A DNA stretch of 59,526 nucleotides from contig JBDLHX010000002.1 of the NCBI GenBank assembly GCA_039715165.1, forward strand, positions 1 through 59,526, written 5' to 3'. The notes under the pieces are model-generated. The model made no database searches. It was not told the origin of the DNA and was given only the letters and a program-made list of their open reading frames with translations. Source of the DNA: Actinomycetota bacterium (GTDB lineage: Bacteria; Actinomycetota; Acidimicrobiia; Spongiisociales; UBA5794). Positions 19,565-28,618 of the stretch are shown one piece after another; the stretch's first letter is position 1; every line of letters starts with the position of its first letter. The position numbers were made by a program, and so were the translations under genes.

Positions 19565-22324
19565 GTGACCGACTGCACCGAGGCGACGCTGAACATCTCG
19601 GATCCGCCCGCCGACTATCCGAGTGAGTGGGTGCAGGACGCCGTCATGAAGGGCGGCGAGACGATCAGGATCCGACCGATCGCTCCATCTGATCGTGATG
19701 CTCTCCAGGCAATGGTGCGGGGGCTCTCACGGGAGAGCACGTACTTCCGTTTCTTCCGCGTCAAAGAGGAGTTGGAACCGGAGGAGCTGGACCGCTTCAC
19801 CCAGCTCAACTATCACGACGCGATGGCGTTCATCGCGATCCGCGACGGCCGCCTCGTCGGCGTCGGTCGCTACAACACCACCGAAGGCGACCCTGCGATC
19901 GCAGAAGCGGCGTTTGCCGTCGCCGACGAGTGCCAGCAGAAGGGCATCGGGACGCTCCTGCTCTATCGCCTCACGGCGTATGCGCGCAGCCAGGGAATCG
20001 AAGGCTTCCGCGCCCACCTGCTTGCCGATAATCACGTGATGATGCGGGTCTTCCGCGGGTCCGGCTACGGCGTGCAACGAGATCTCGACGAGGGCGTCTA
20101 CACGGTGTCGTTCCCGACCGAGGAATCGGAAGAGAGCACCGCTGTCAGAGACGAGCGTGAGAAGCGGGCGTCGGCGAAGTCGATGCTGCCGCTCATGGCT
20201 CCGCAGTCGGTTGCGGTCATCGGTGCGAGCCGTGACGTGTCGACGATCGGTGGGCGCCTCTTCAACAACCTCATCAACGGCGATTTCACCGGACCGGTCT
20301 ACCCGGTGAACCCCAAGTCGCCCGTTGTGCGCTCCGTGGCCGCCTATCCGTCGGTTCTCGACATCCCCGACAACGTCGACCTCGCGTTCATCGTCGTTTC
20401 GTCGAAGCATGTGATCCCGTCGGTCGAGCAGTGCATCGAGAAGGGCGTACGGGCGCTCGTCGTCATCTCTGCCGGCTTCTCGGAGGTCGGCGGTGCCGGC
20501 GTCGAACTCGAAGCGGAGCTGCTCGACCTCGTTCGGAGCCACGGCCTCCGCATGGTCGGACCGAACTGCATGGGTCTCCTCAACACGGACCCCGCGATCA
20601 GCCTCGACGGCCAGTTCGGCCCCATCCGGCCGCCGCAGGGCAACGTGGCCCTCTCGTCGCAGTCCGGCGCGCTCGGACTCGCGATCCTCGACTACGCCGC
20701 CCGCCACAACATCGGCATCTCGACGTTCGTGTCGGTGGGGAACCTCGCCGACGTCTCCGGTGATGACCTCCTCCTCTACTGGGAGGACGACCCGGCGACC
20801 GACGTGATCCTCCTCTACATGGAGTCGTTCGGGAACCCGCGCCGTTTCGCACGCTTCGCGAGGCGCATTGCTCGGAAGAAGCCGATCGTCGCTGTGAAGT
20901 CCGGCCGGACGGAGTCGGGGGCTCGGGCCGCAAGCAGCCACACCGGTTCGCTCGCCAGCCTCGACGTCGCCGTCGACGCCCTCTTCCACCAGACCGGCGT
21001 GATCCGAGTGGATACGCTCGAGGAGCTGTTCGACGTGACGAGCCTGCTCTCCAACGAGCCGGTCCCGAAGGGCGGCAGGGTCGGGATCGTGACGAATGCG
21101 GGTGGTCCGGCGATTCTTGCGGTCGACGCCCTCGAATCGAGAGGCCTCGAAGTGCCGGTGCTCTCCGACGGGACCCAGCAGAAGCTGCGGGCGCTGCTGT
21201 CACCGGAGGCGGCGGTGAAGAACCCCGTCGACATGATCGCCGCCGCCGGAGCAACCGAGTACCGCGGCGTGCTCGAGGCCATGCTCGAAGCGGATGAACT
21301 CGATGCGGTGATTGCGATCTTCATTCCGGCCTCCCCGATGGGCGTTGCCGAGATCCAGAGCACGATCCGAGAAGTCGGAGAGGCGAACGAGACCGACAAG
21401 ACCTTCCTCGCCGTCTTCATGCAGTCGGGCAAGGTCTCGGATGAGGCGCCGAAGGTCCGTTCGAGCGTCCCCGAGTTCGCATTCCCCGAACGTGCGGCGA
21501 GGGCGCTCCACGATGCGGTCCGCTACGGGGAGTGGCTCGAACGGCCGGAGGGCGAGGTTCCGGAGTTCGACGACGTCGATCCGGCACGAGGGCGAGGTGC
21601 CCTCGAGGCTGCTCTCGTCAACATGGATGATGAAGGAGGATGGCTCGACCCCGACACAGTGGACGCACTGCTGGAGTCGTATGGATTGAGCGTCCCCGCC
21701 TCCGGTGTCGTCGAGGACGAGGAAGCGGCGGTTTCGCTGGCCACCGAGATTGGGGGACCCGTCGTGCTCAAGGTCGTCTCGCCTTCAGCGCTCCACAAGT
21801 CGGACGTTGGTGGCGTGGTCCTCGACGTCGAAGGCGAGGACGCGGTGCGTGCGGCGTATCGCCAGGTCATGGGGGCCGTGCCGGATCCCGAGGGGGTACT
21901 CATCCAGGAGTTCGTCTCCGGCGGCCACGAGATCCTCATCGGCATGGTCGAGGACCCGAACTTCGGCCCGCTCGTCGTGTTCGGTCTCGGTGGAGTGTTC
22001 GTTGAACTCATCGGCGACGTTGCGTTCCGCATCCATCCGCTCACCGACCTCGACGCCGACGAGATGATCCAATCGGTGAAGTCGGCGAGGTTGCTCGAGG
22101 GCTATAGAGGCGAGGATCCCGGCGATGTCGAAGCCGTCAAAGAGGCGCTCTTGCGCGTGTCGGCGCTCATCGAGGACGTACCCGAGATGGTCGAGATGGA
22201 CATGAACCCGGTCAAGGTCGGTGCACCGGGCGAAGGGGTTCGCGTTGTCGACGCTCGGATCAAGATCAAGCCCACCGGTGACACCTTCGACCCGAGCCGG
22301 GTGGATTTCCCAACGGCCTTGTAG
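19565..22324 (+). CDS. Pat-like protein: N-terminal GNAT acetyltransferase fused to ADP-forming acyl-CoA synthetase-like region (CoA-binding, ligase-CoA, ATP-grasp)
   Basis: GNAT core AFAVADECQQKGIGTLLL. CoA-binding SVAVIGASRD...VYPVNP. C-terminal ATP-grasp VVLKVVSPSALHKSDVGGV. Start uncertain (GTG 19565 or ATG 19646). The ORF-track extension back to 19202 is Arg/Pro-rich with no recognisable domain and overlaps the fetB-like gene. Confidence 0.88.
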   Translation: MTDCTEATLNISDPPADYPSEWVQDAVMKGGETIRIRPIAPSDRDALQAMVRGLSRESTYFRFFRVKEELEPEELDRFTQLNYHDAMAFIAIRDGRLVGVGRYNTTEGDPAIAEAAFAVADECQQKGIGTLLLYRLTAYARSQGIEGFRAHLLADNHVMMRVFRGSGYGVQRDLDEGVYTVSFPTEESEESTAVRDEREKRASAKSMLPLMAPQSVAVIGASRDVSTIGGRLFNNLINGDFTGPVYPVNPKSPVVRSVAAYPSVLDIPDNVDLAFIVVSSKHVIPSVEQCIEKGVRALVVISAGFSEVGGAGVELEAELLDLVRSHGLRMVGPNCMGLLNTDPAISLDGQFGPIRPPQGNVALSSQSGALGLAILDYAARHNIGISTFVSVGNLADVSGDDLLLYWEDDPATDVILLYMESFGNPRRFARFARRIARKKPIVAVKSGRTESGARAASSHTGSLASLDVAVDALFHQTGVIRVDTLEELFDVTSLLSNEPVPKGGRVGIVTNAGGPAILAVDALESRGLEVPVLSDGTQQKLRALLSPEAAVKNPVDMIAAAGATEYRGVLEAMLEADELDAVIAIFIPASPMGVAEIQSTIREVGEANETDKTFLAVFMQSGKVSDEAPKVRSSVPEFAFPERAARALHDAVRYGEWLERPEGEVPEFDDVDPARGRGALEAALVNMDDEGGWLDPDTVDALLESYGLSVPASGVVEDEEAAVSLATEIGGPVVLKVVSPSALHKSDVGGVVLDVEGEDAVRAAYRQVMGAVPDPEGVLIQEFVSGGHEILIGMVEDPNFGPLVVFGLGGVFVELIGDVAFRIHPLTDLDADEMIQSVKSARLLEGYRGEDPGDVEAVKEALLRVSALIEDVPEMVEMDMNPVKVGAPGEGVRVVDARIKIKPTGDTFDPSRVDFPTAL

Positions 22325-22408
22325 GGAGTCTTTGCCCGAGGCGATTGCCGAGCGGACGGTGATCCGAACTGCAACAATGGCGGGCGTAGCCACCGGGAGG
22401 GGCAGAGC

Positions 22409-23017
22409 ATGCAGGTCGTCGATCTCATGACAACCGACGTGATCACGGTGTCGAAGGACACCGGGATCCGCGATGCTGCCCGTCTCATGTTCCGCAACCG
22501 TGTGAGCGGCCTTCCCGTGACGGGAACGGACGGCACGCTCATCGGCATCATCACCGAGGCCGACTTCCTTCGCCTCGAGGTGCAACGGCAGGAGGGTCAG
22601 AGTGATCTCGGCGAGACCGTCGGAGAGGTGATGTCCGGAGGTGTCGTCACGACCAACCCCGACACCGAGATCTACGACGCGGCGAAGATGATGACATTCC
22701 AGGACATCAAGCGCCTGCCCGTCGTCGACGACGATGCCCGCCTGCTCGGCATCATCTCACGAGCCGACATCGTCTCCGTGTTCACGAGACCGGACGATGT
22801 CATTGAGGACGAGATCCGCGAGGACCTGATCCGGCGCGTGCTCTTCATCGATCCCGACCAGCTCGACGTCAGCGTCACGAACGGCATCGTCACCTTCATC
22901 GGCGAACTGGGTACGGCGAACGAGGCCCGTCTGCTCTCCGAACTGGCGTCCCGCCTCGACGGCGTGCTCCACGTCGAAAGCCGTCTTACGTGGCGGTACG
23001 ACGACGGCGACGAGTGA
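22409..23017 (+). CDS. CBS-pair + BON domain protein
   Basis: Two CBS motifs (VSGLPVTGTDGTLIGIITEADF and IKRLPVVDDDARLLGIISRADI). C-terminal BON-like VTNGIVTFIGELGT...VLHVESRL. Confidence 0.85.
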   Translation: MQVVDLMTTDVITVSKDTGIRDAARLMFRNRVSGLPVTGTDGTLIGIITEADFLRLEVQRQEGQSDLGETVGEVMSGGVVTTNPDTEIYDAAKMMTFQDIKRLPVVDDDARLLGIISRADIVSVFTRPDDVIEDEIREDLIRRVLFIDPDQLDVSVTNGIVTFIGELGTANEARLLSELASRLDGVLHVESRLTWRYDDGDE

Positions 23018-23868
23018 GCGAAGGCCTGGTCGAACCGGGAATCGTCCGTTCGCGTGACGGCGCGGCACTCGCCTACGAACGATCACCCGGAGATCCCCCC
23101 GGAGCGGTCTTCGTCCACGCCACCGGGTTCTGCAAAGAGGTGTGGCGACCGGTGGCCGACGGGCTCGAGTCCGGCACGGGGTGGGTCGCAGTCGATCAGC
23201 CGGGTCACGGAGACTCGGAGCGTCCTCCATTGCCAATCCGATGGTCGACGATCGGCAACGGCGTTCTCGACGTGCTCGGAACGATCGGGTCGTACCGTCT
23301 CGGGGTCGGTCACTCGGCCGGCGGGGCCGCTCTCGTCATGGCCGAAGTCATCCGGCCGGGGACCTTCGACCATCTCGTGCTCATCGAACCGATCATCTTT
23401 CCTCCACCTCACGAACGGCACGACCACAGCCAGCTCGCCGAGCTCGCCCTGAAGCGCCGATCTCGATTCGCGAGCAGGGACGCAGCCGTTGAGAACTTCA
23501 CCGGCAAGGGCCCGTTCGCGAAGTGGGACGATCGCGTACTCGGAGCGTACGCCGAAGGGGCGCTGCGTCCTGAAGCGGACGGGTTCGTCCTGAAGTGCGA
23601 TCCGGAGACGGAGGCAGAGTTCTACCGGGGCGGAGCGGACCACGACACATGGGACCATCTTCCGGATCTGCGGACGCCGGTGACACTCGTCGTTGGTCAG
23701 GATTCGACCACGCACCACGGCCGCTACCTCGAGGACCTCGCCGACCGGTTCCCGAACGTGGACCTCGTCGTTGTCGAAGGAGCGACCCACTTCCTGCCGA
23801 TGGAACAGCCGGAGCTCATAGCTGCCTTCGTCGATGAGATCATCGACGCCGGTAGCATCGCCACCTGA
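23014..23868 (+). CDS. alpha/beta-fold hydrolase (candidate MenH/SHCHC synthase by context)
   Basis: GTG at 23014 overlaps the upstream stop (GTGA). HATGFCKEVW, GHGDS, and nucleophile elbow GVGHSAGG. Its stop overlaps the menF start. Confidence 0.8.
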   Translation: MSEGLVEPGIVRSRDGAALAYERSPGDPPGAVFVHATGFCKEVWRPVADGLESGTGWVAVDQPGHGDSERPPLPIRWSTIGNGVLDVLGTIGSYRLGVGHSAGGAALVMAEVIRPGTFDHLVLIEPIIFPPPHERHDHSQLAELALKRRSRFASRDAAVENFTGKGPFAKWDDRVLGAYAEGALRPEADGFVLKCDPETEAEFYRGGADHDTWDHLPDLRTPVTLVVGQDSTTHHGRYLEDLADRFPNVDLVVVEGATHFLPMEQPELIAAFVDEIIDAGSIAT

Positions 23869-25181
23869 TGATCCCCTTGCGAGCCGAAGACGTGAGCGCG
23901 GCGCTGGAGACCGCCCCGAGTGGCCTGCGCCTCGCCGTCATCCCTATCGATGTGGAGCCGCTCGACTTCGCGCGAGCCGGCACCGGCCGCTTCGAGGGGG
24001 CTTTCTACTTCTCTTCGCCGGAGGGCTCTTCGGCGGGTGGCCTCGGGGTCGCCGTCAAGGCATCTGCGTCCGGCTCCTCGCGGTTTGCGAGCCTGCGCGC
24101 CGCCGTCGAGGCCCTCGATCTCCCCGGCCCATTCCGGGTCTTCACCGGTTTCTCCTTCGCCGCAGACGGGCCCCAATCCGAGCCGTGGTCGTCCTTCGGC
24201 TCGGCAGACGCCGTGCTCCCCATGGCGACAGTGCTGCGGCGGGGGGACGAGCGTCACCTTCTTCTCGCAATACCGGCCGGCGTCGACGAGGGCGAGATCG
24301 TGGATCGACTCTTGGGCCTGGAGTCGCCCGACGATCCGCCGTATCCGAATCTGGGCGGCCACAACCTCGAGTCGAGCCCTCCCGTCGCCGAGTGGACGAC
24401 GGCCGTTGCAGAAGCGGTTCAGGCGATCGCCGACGACGCCATCCGCAAGGTCGTTCTTGCACGCTCGGTCGTCATCCGCTCAGATGAGGCACCGGCCGGG
24501 TTCGACGTTGTCGCGCATCTCGACCGCCTGTACCGACAGTGCTTCGGGTTCGGCTGGCAGGCAAACGGGGCGACGTTCGTGGGCGCGAGCCCGGAGCTCC
24601 TCGTCCGGATCGAGGACGGCACCGTCACGACCAACCCGCTCGCAGGAACGAGCCGGCGCGGCGAAGGCGACGAAGAGGATCGCTTGCTCGCCGAGGCGCT
24701 GCTCCGATCGGAGAAGGACCGGATCGAGCACCGCTTCGTCGTTGACGACATCGTCGAGCGGCTCGGGCCGCTCACCGAGGATCTCGTCGTGCCCGATGGG
24801 CCATCGCTCAAGCGGATGGCCACGGTTCAGCACCTCTCGACTCGCATCGTCGGCGGTGCCCGCCCGGCCGTGCACGTGCTGGATCTCGTCGAAGCACTCC
24901 ACCCGACACCTGCAGTCGGCGGCACACCTCGAGCTGAAGCTCAGGCGTTCATCGACAAGGCGGAGGCATTCGACCGCGGCTGGTACACCGGTGGCATCGG
25001 CTGGATCGATGGCGAGGGTGCCGGCGAGTTCGCGATCGGCCTTCGGTGCGGCCTCCTCGAAGGAACGCGAGCGCACGTGTTCGCCGGCGCGGGCATCGTC
25101 GCGGATTCGGAACCGGACGCAGAACTCGTCGAGACTCGCCTCAAGCTTCGTCCGCTCTTGGAGCTCCTCGCGGCCACCTGA
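23868..25181 (+). CDS. menF: isochorismate synthase
   Basis: Chorismate-binding signatures KVVLAR, SPELLV, NPLAGT, SEKDRIEH, LHPTPAVGG, GWYTGGIGW and AGAGIVADSEP. Confidence 0.88.
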   Translation: MIPLRAEDVSAALETAPSGLRLAVIPIDVEPLDFARAGTGRFEGAFYFSSPEGSSAGGLGVAVKASASGSSRFASLRAAVEALDLPGPFRVFTGFSFAADGPQSEPWSSFGSADAVLPMATVLRRGDERHLLLAIPAGVDEGEIVDRLLGLESPDDPPYPNLGGHNLESSPPVAEWTTAVAEAVQAIADDAIRKVVLARSVVIRSDEAPAGFDVVAHLDRLYRQCFGFGWQANGATFVGASPELLVRIEDGTVTTNPLAGTSRRGEGDEEDRLLAEALLRSEKDRIEHRFVVDDIVERLGPLTEDLVVPDGPSLKRMATVQHLSTRIVGGARPAVHVLDLVEALHPTPAVGGTPRAEAQAFIDKAEAFDRGWYTGGIGWIDGEGAGEFAIGLRCGLLEGTRAHVFAGAGIVADSEPDAELVETRLKLRPLLELLAAT

Positions 25182-25214
25182 GGCCGCGTAACTCGGTGTT
25201 TCTGCGCGGCGGCG

Positions 25215-25517
25215 TCAGTCACCGGTCGCGAACATGAACGCCTCTTCCATCCCGGTGTACAGCGGCCCCAGCGTTCGGCGTATCTCCTCAGCAATCGCCG
25301 TGTCCGGATCGTCGCGCACGGCGCGGTGAATGCGCCGGTATTCGTCGCGGCTGTCGTACTCCCATATGGAGATGACGCGGTGGTCCTCCGTCTCCCACCG
25401 TCCGGCGAGACGCGCGCCGTGCCGCTGCTGGATCGGGAGCAGGCGCTTGTGGAAGTACGTGTGGAAGTCCGCGAGGTTCTCTCTCACTGCCTGGTAGGTC
25501 CGCATCCGGTAGAACAT
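25215..25517 (-). CDS. NIPSNAP-family protein
   Basis: 100 aa. MFYRMRTYQ...HGARLAGRWETEDHRVISIWEYDSRDEY pattern. Confidence 0.7.
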   Translation of the reverse strand: MFYRMRTYQAVRENLADFHTYFHKRLLPIQQRHGARLAGRWETEDHRVISIWEYDSRDEYRRIHRAVRDDPDTAIAEEIRRTLGPLYTGMEEAFMFATGD

Positions 25518-25561
25518 GGTCCCACCGTACTCCGCGCGGCGTCTCGGTGGCTGAAGGCCGG

Positions 25562-27235
25562 CTACCGACGGCCGGCGAGAGCGCTCGCCGCGGCTCCCCG
25601 GAGCCGTCCATGCACCGCGACGTTCTCCGTGCGATCAGTACGGACCTCGATGAGCGATGGGCTCGACGACGATGCAATCGCCGCGCGAAGGTCCTCGTCG
25701 TTGCTGATCTCCGGGGCGGGAACGCCGAAGGCGTCGGCGATGGCACCCATGGAGTGACCGTGCGGTGTGCCGAAGAGGGTCTCGAATCGGTCGGTCGGCA
25801 GGGTGTCGGCCTGGGGGAGGAAGTGGAAGATCCCCCCGCCGTCGTTGTTGACGGCGACGACCGTCACCGGGAGGGCGTGGCGAGCGATCATCCCAAGGGC
25901 CGGCGCATCGTGGAGTACTGAGAGGTCGCCGGCGAGAACGACGACGCGGCGTCCGTCCGAAGCCGAAGCGCCGGCTGCTGCGGAGAGCAGCCCGTCGATC
26001 CCATTCGCCCCGCGGTTGGCAAGGACCGCGATGTCGCCCCTCGGTTGACCCGCGAACGAGTCGAGGTCCCGTATCGGCATCGAGGAAGCGGCGTACACGG
26101 TCGCTCCGGCCGGAGACGCCTGCCACACCGCTCGTGCGACGGCCGGTTCGCTTGGGAAGGCCTCTTCGTTGAGAGCGGACGCAACGGCATCCTCGACGGC
26201 GCGGTCCGCTTCGACCCAATGCGAGAGCCAATCGGCCGGCGCCGGATCCACGCGCCCGGCGAGATCGGCGAAGGTCGCGGCAGGGTCGGCTCGGTAGGCC
26301 GTTGGAGTCGTGCCGAGGGGATCCCTCCATCCTGCGTCGTCGATGGAGATCTGCTCGACGCCCGTGTGCTGGAGCCAGGACCAGATCGGGCGCGAAGTCG
26401 GGACCGGGCCGACGCGGACGACGACATCCGGTTCGGACGCTTCGAAGAAGCCCGCAGACGCAAGCAGATCCGGGTGTGTCAGCGTCATCGGCGATGGGAA
26501 GCGGCATTGGACGTCTGCGACGACCGGGATCGATGCTTCGCCCGCCAGCATTGCCGCTGCCGCCGCGAATCCGGGACGTTGAGGGCCGCCGGCCACGATC
26601 AAGGCGCGTCTGCCGGAGAGCCGATCGGCGAGGTCAACGAGGTGCTCGGGTGGGAGGAGCACGTCACCGCGAACGTGGCGAAGGCCCGTCGCAGATGCCG
26701 GCTCGGTCGGGGTGGCGAGCGGTTCCCGGAAGGGGAGATTGAGGTGCACGGGGCCGTGCGGCGCATCGAGCGCCGCCGTCCAGGCGTGGAGAGCGAGCGA
26801 AGCGATGGCGTTGACGATCGCCTCGTCGGGCACACCGACGTCGTGGAACAGGCGGACGGCTCGTCCAAACAGGGCGGTCTGGTCGATGGTTTGCGGGGCG
26901 GCGTTGCCTCGCAGCTCGGGGGGTCGGTCCGCTGTGAGGGCGATGAGCGGCACGCGCGCCTGGTCCGCCTCAACCACGGCCGGAAGGTAGTTGGCAGCAG
27001 CCGTCCCGGAGGTTGAGACGAGAGCGACAGGCTGGCCGCTCTGCTTCGCGATGCCGAGAGCAAAGAAGCCCGCCGAGCGTTCGTCGAGCACGATGTGGGT
27101 GCTGATCCGAGGTTCAACGTCGAACGCCACACCGAGCGGTGTGTTGCGAGATCCGGGGGAGATGACGGCGTGACGCATACCGAGGTCGGCGAAGGCTCCG
27201 GCGAGGCGTGTGGTGACAGCTCCAGTGGGATCCAC
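25562..27235 (-). CDS. menD: 2-succinyl-5-enolpyruvyl-6-hydroxy-3-cyclohexene-1-carboxylate synthase
   Basis: ThDP enzyme. SPGSRNTPL, DERSAGFFALG, TSGTAAANYLPAVVEA, LTADRPPELR, GDLSVLHD...NNDGGGIF. Confidence 0.92.
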   Translation of the reverse strand: MDPTGAVTTRLAGAFADLGMRHAVISPGSRNTPLGVAFDVEPRISTHIVLDERSAGFFALGIAKQSGQPVALVSTSGTAAANYLPAVVEADQARVPLIALTADRPPELRGNAAPQTIDQTALFGRAVRLFHDVGVPDEAIVNAIASLALHAWTAALDAPHGPVHLNLPFREPLATPTEPASATGLRHVRGDVLLPPEHLVDLADRLSGRRALIVAGGPQRPGFAAAAAMLAGEASIPVVADVQCRFPSPMTLTHPDLLASAGFFEASEPDVVVRVGPVPTSRPIWSWLQHTGVEQISIDDAGWRDPLGTTPTAYRADPAATFADLAGRVDPAPADWLSHWVEADRAVEDAVASALNEEAFPSEPAVARAVWQASPAGATVYAASSMPIRDLDSFAGQPRGDIAVLANRGANGIDGLLSAAAGASASDGRRVVVLAGDLSVLHDAPALGMIARHALPVTVVAVNNDGGGIFHFLPQADTLPTDRFETLFGTPHGHSMGAIADAFGVPAPEISNDEDLRAAIASSSSPSLIEVRTDRTENVAVHGRLRGAAASALAGRR

Positions 27236-27306
27236 GCTGGCGAGGTTACAGGGAGGACCGGCGGTGCGGCCGCAATATCAGCCCCGAGGATCGGAGCACA
27301 GGGTTC

Positions 27307-28182
27307 TTACGCCCCGACGAGGATCCCGGCGGCAAGCAGAGCGGCGAAGACGAGTTGGAGTCGCGCCGTTGCTTTGAGGACGCCGATGAGGGGCGGTCCC
27401 GCCGTCTCGGTGAAGATCGTTCGGATGGGTCCGATGCCGAGGGGCAGCGACACCACCGTGGCGAGCGACCAGACGGGCAGAATGCCGCCTGCGACTGCTG
27501 CCCCAACCGTGAGATAGGCACCGAGCACGGTGATCGCGTAGAGCCACCGGCCTGCCTGTCGCCCAAGGATCACAGCGAGCGTGCGCTTGCCGGCGTCCCG
27601 ATCCGTGTCGATGTCCCGCACATTGTTCGCCACGAGGATCGCGGCGGCGAGCAGCCCAACCGCCACTCCGCCGATCCACGCATCGGCAGGTGCGGTGCGG
27701 TCGTAGACGAAACGGGTGCCCACGGTTGCGACGAGACCGAAGAAGACGAACACGAACACCTCGCCGAGGCCGCGGTACCCGTACGGGACCGGACCGTTTG
27801 TGTAGCCGAGGGCGGCGATGATCGAAATGACGCCGATAGCGAGGATCGGCCATCCGCCGAGCCAGATGAGGTAGATGCCGGCGATCGAAGCCAGGCCGAA
27901 CGCGACAGCGATGCCCTTCTTCATCTCGATTGACGACAGGAGACCGCTGGCCACGGCGCGCGTCGGTCCGATGCGGGCTTCGGTGTCGGCGCCCTTCTCG
28001 GCGTCGGCGAGGTCGTTGGCGAAGTTCACGCCAATCTGGATCGCAAGGGCCGCGAAGAGGATGACGATGAATGCGAGCCAGTCGAAGACATCGTCGGCAA
28101 AGGCAAGGGCGCTGCCGACGATCACCGGCGCTGCCGCTGCGGGGAGCGTCGCGGGCCGAGAGGCGAGGACCCAGGCCTTCAA
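27307..28182 (-). CDS. menA: 1,4-dihydroxy-2-naphthoate polyprenyltransferase
   Basis: UbiA-family. LKAWVLASRPATLPAA, NFANDLADAEKGAD, NNVRDIDTDRDAGKRTLAV. Probable TTG start at 28182. The 180-aa N-terminal extension in ORF 27307..28725 is Arg/Pro-rich, has no recognisable domain, and overlaps menB. Confidence 0.85.
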   Translation of the reverse strand: MKAWVLASRPATLPAAAAPVIVGSALAFADDVFDWLAFIVILFAALAIQIGVNFANDLADAEKGADTEARIGPTRAVASGLLSSIEMKKGIAVAFGLASIAGIYLIWLGGWPILAIGVISIIAALGYTNGPVPYGYRGLGEVFVFVFFGLVATVGTRFVYDRTAPADAWIGGVAVGLLAAAILVANNVRDIDTDRDAGKRTLAVILGRQAGRWLYAITVLGAYLTVGAAVAGGILPVWSLATVVSLPLGIGPIRTIFTETAGPPLIGVLKATARLQLVFAALLAAGILVGA

Positions 28183-28230
28183 AGTGGATGCCCCCTTGCG
28201 TCGCTTCGCTCCGCGTCCCCCCGCCCGCTG

Positions 28231-28412
28231 CCTGGATCCGCGGTTTGTCGGTGCGTCGATCGGTCGTCGTCCTTGCTTTGAGGTGGTTTCGTGGTGGTGT
28301 GGCCGGTCACGGATTGGGTGAGGGTGTGAACGGCTCTTGCGTGCATTCTCCCTCGCCGGAACGGTGGGGGAGATGGCCGGCAGGCCAGAGGGGGGCGGTG
28401 CAGGATTAGGGG
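28231..28412 (+). repeat. copy A of a two-copy non-coding element (alignable part); structured sequence continues to about 28528
   Basis: Collinear with 59341..59526. Identical blocks are cctggatccgcgg (13 nt), cgccggaacggtgggggagatggccgg (27 nt) and cggtgcagg (9 nt). Spacing between the first two blocks is nearly the same (123 vs 121 nt). Confidence 0.8.
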
Positions 28413-28618
28413 CTCGGTGTGGATGGGGACCGTTGTGGTGCGCGTCGCCCGCATGTGGGACGGTCCCCCCTGCGGGATCGCGGGGCGACCCCGCGTCCCC
28501 CCGTTCCTTCGGTCCGGGGGGACATGCGTTTTGGGGAGGGATTCGTTCCCGCCCGAGAAACCGTGGATTGAGGCGGCTGGTCGGGGGGACGGGCTTGCAT
28601 CTTGCAGCTGGCAGCTTC

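Noticed and set aside
28211-28528. Considered whether the C6-run region is a 6C-type actinobacterial sRNA or a CRISPR-like array.
   Set aside because: In the 6C motif the C-runs sit in hairpin loops, whereas here they lie in stems paired to G6 runs. There is no regular repeat-spacer periodicity and no cas genes. It is kept as an unclassified repeat or structured element.
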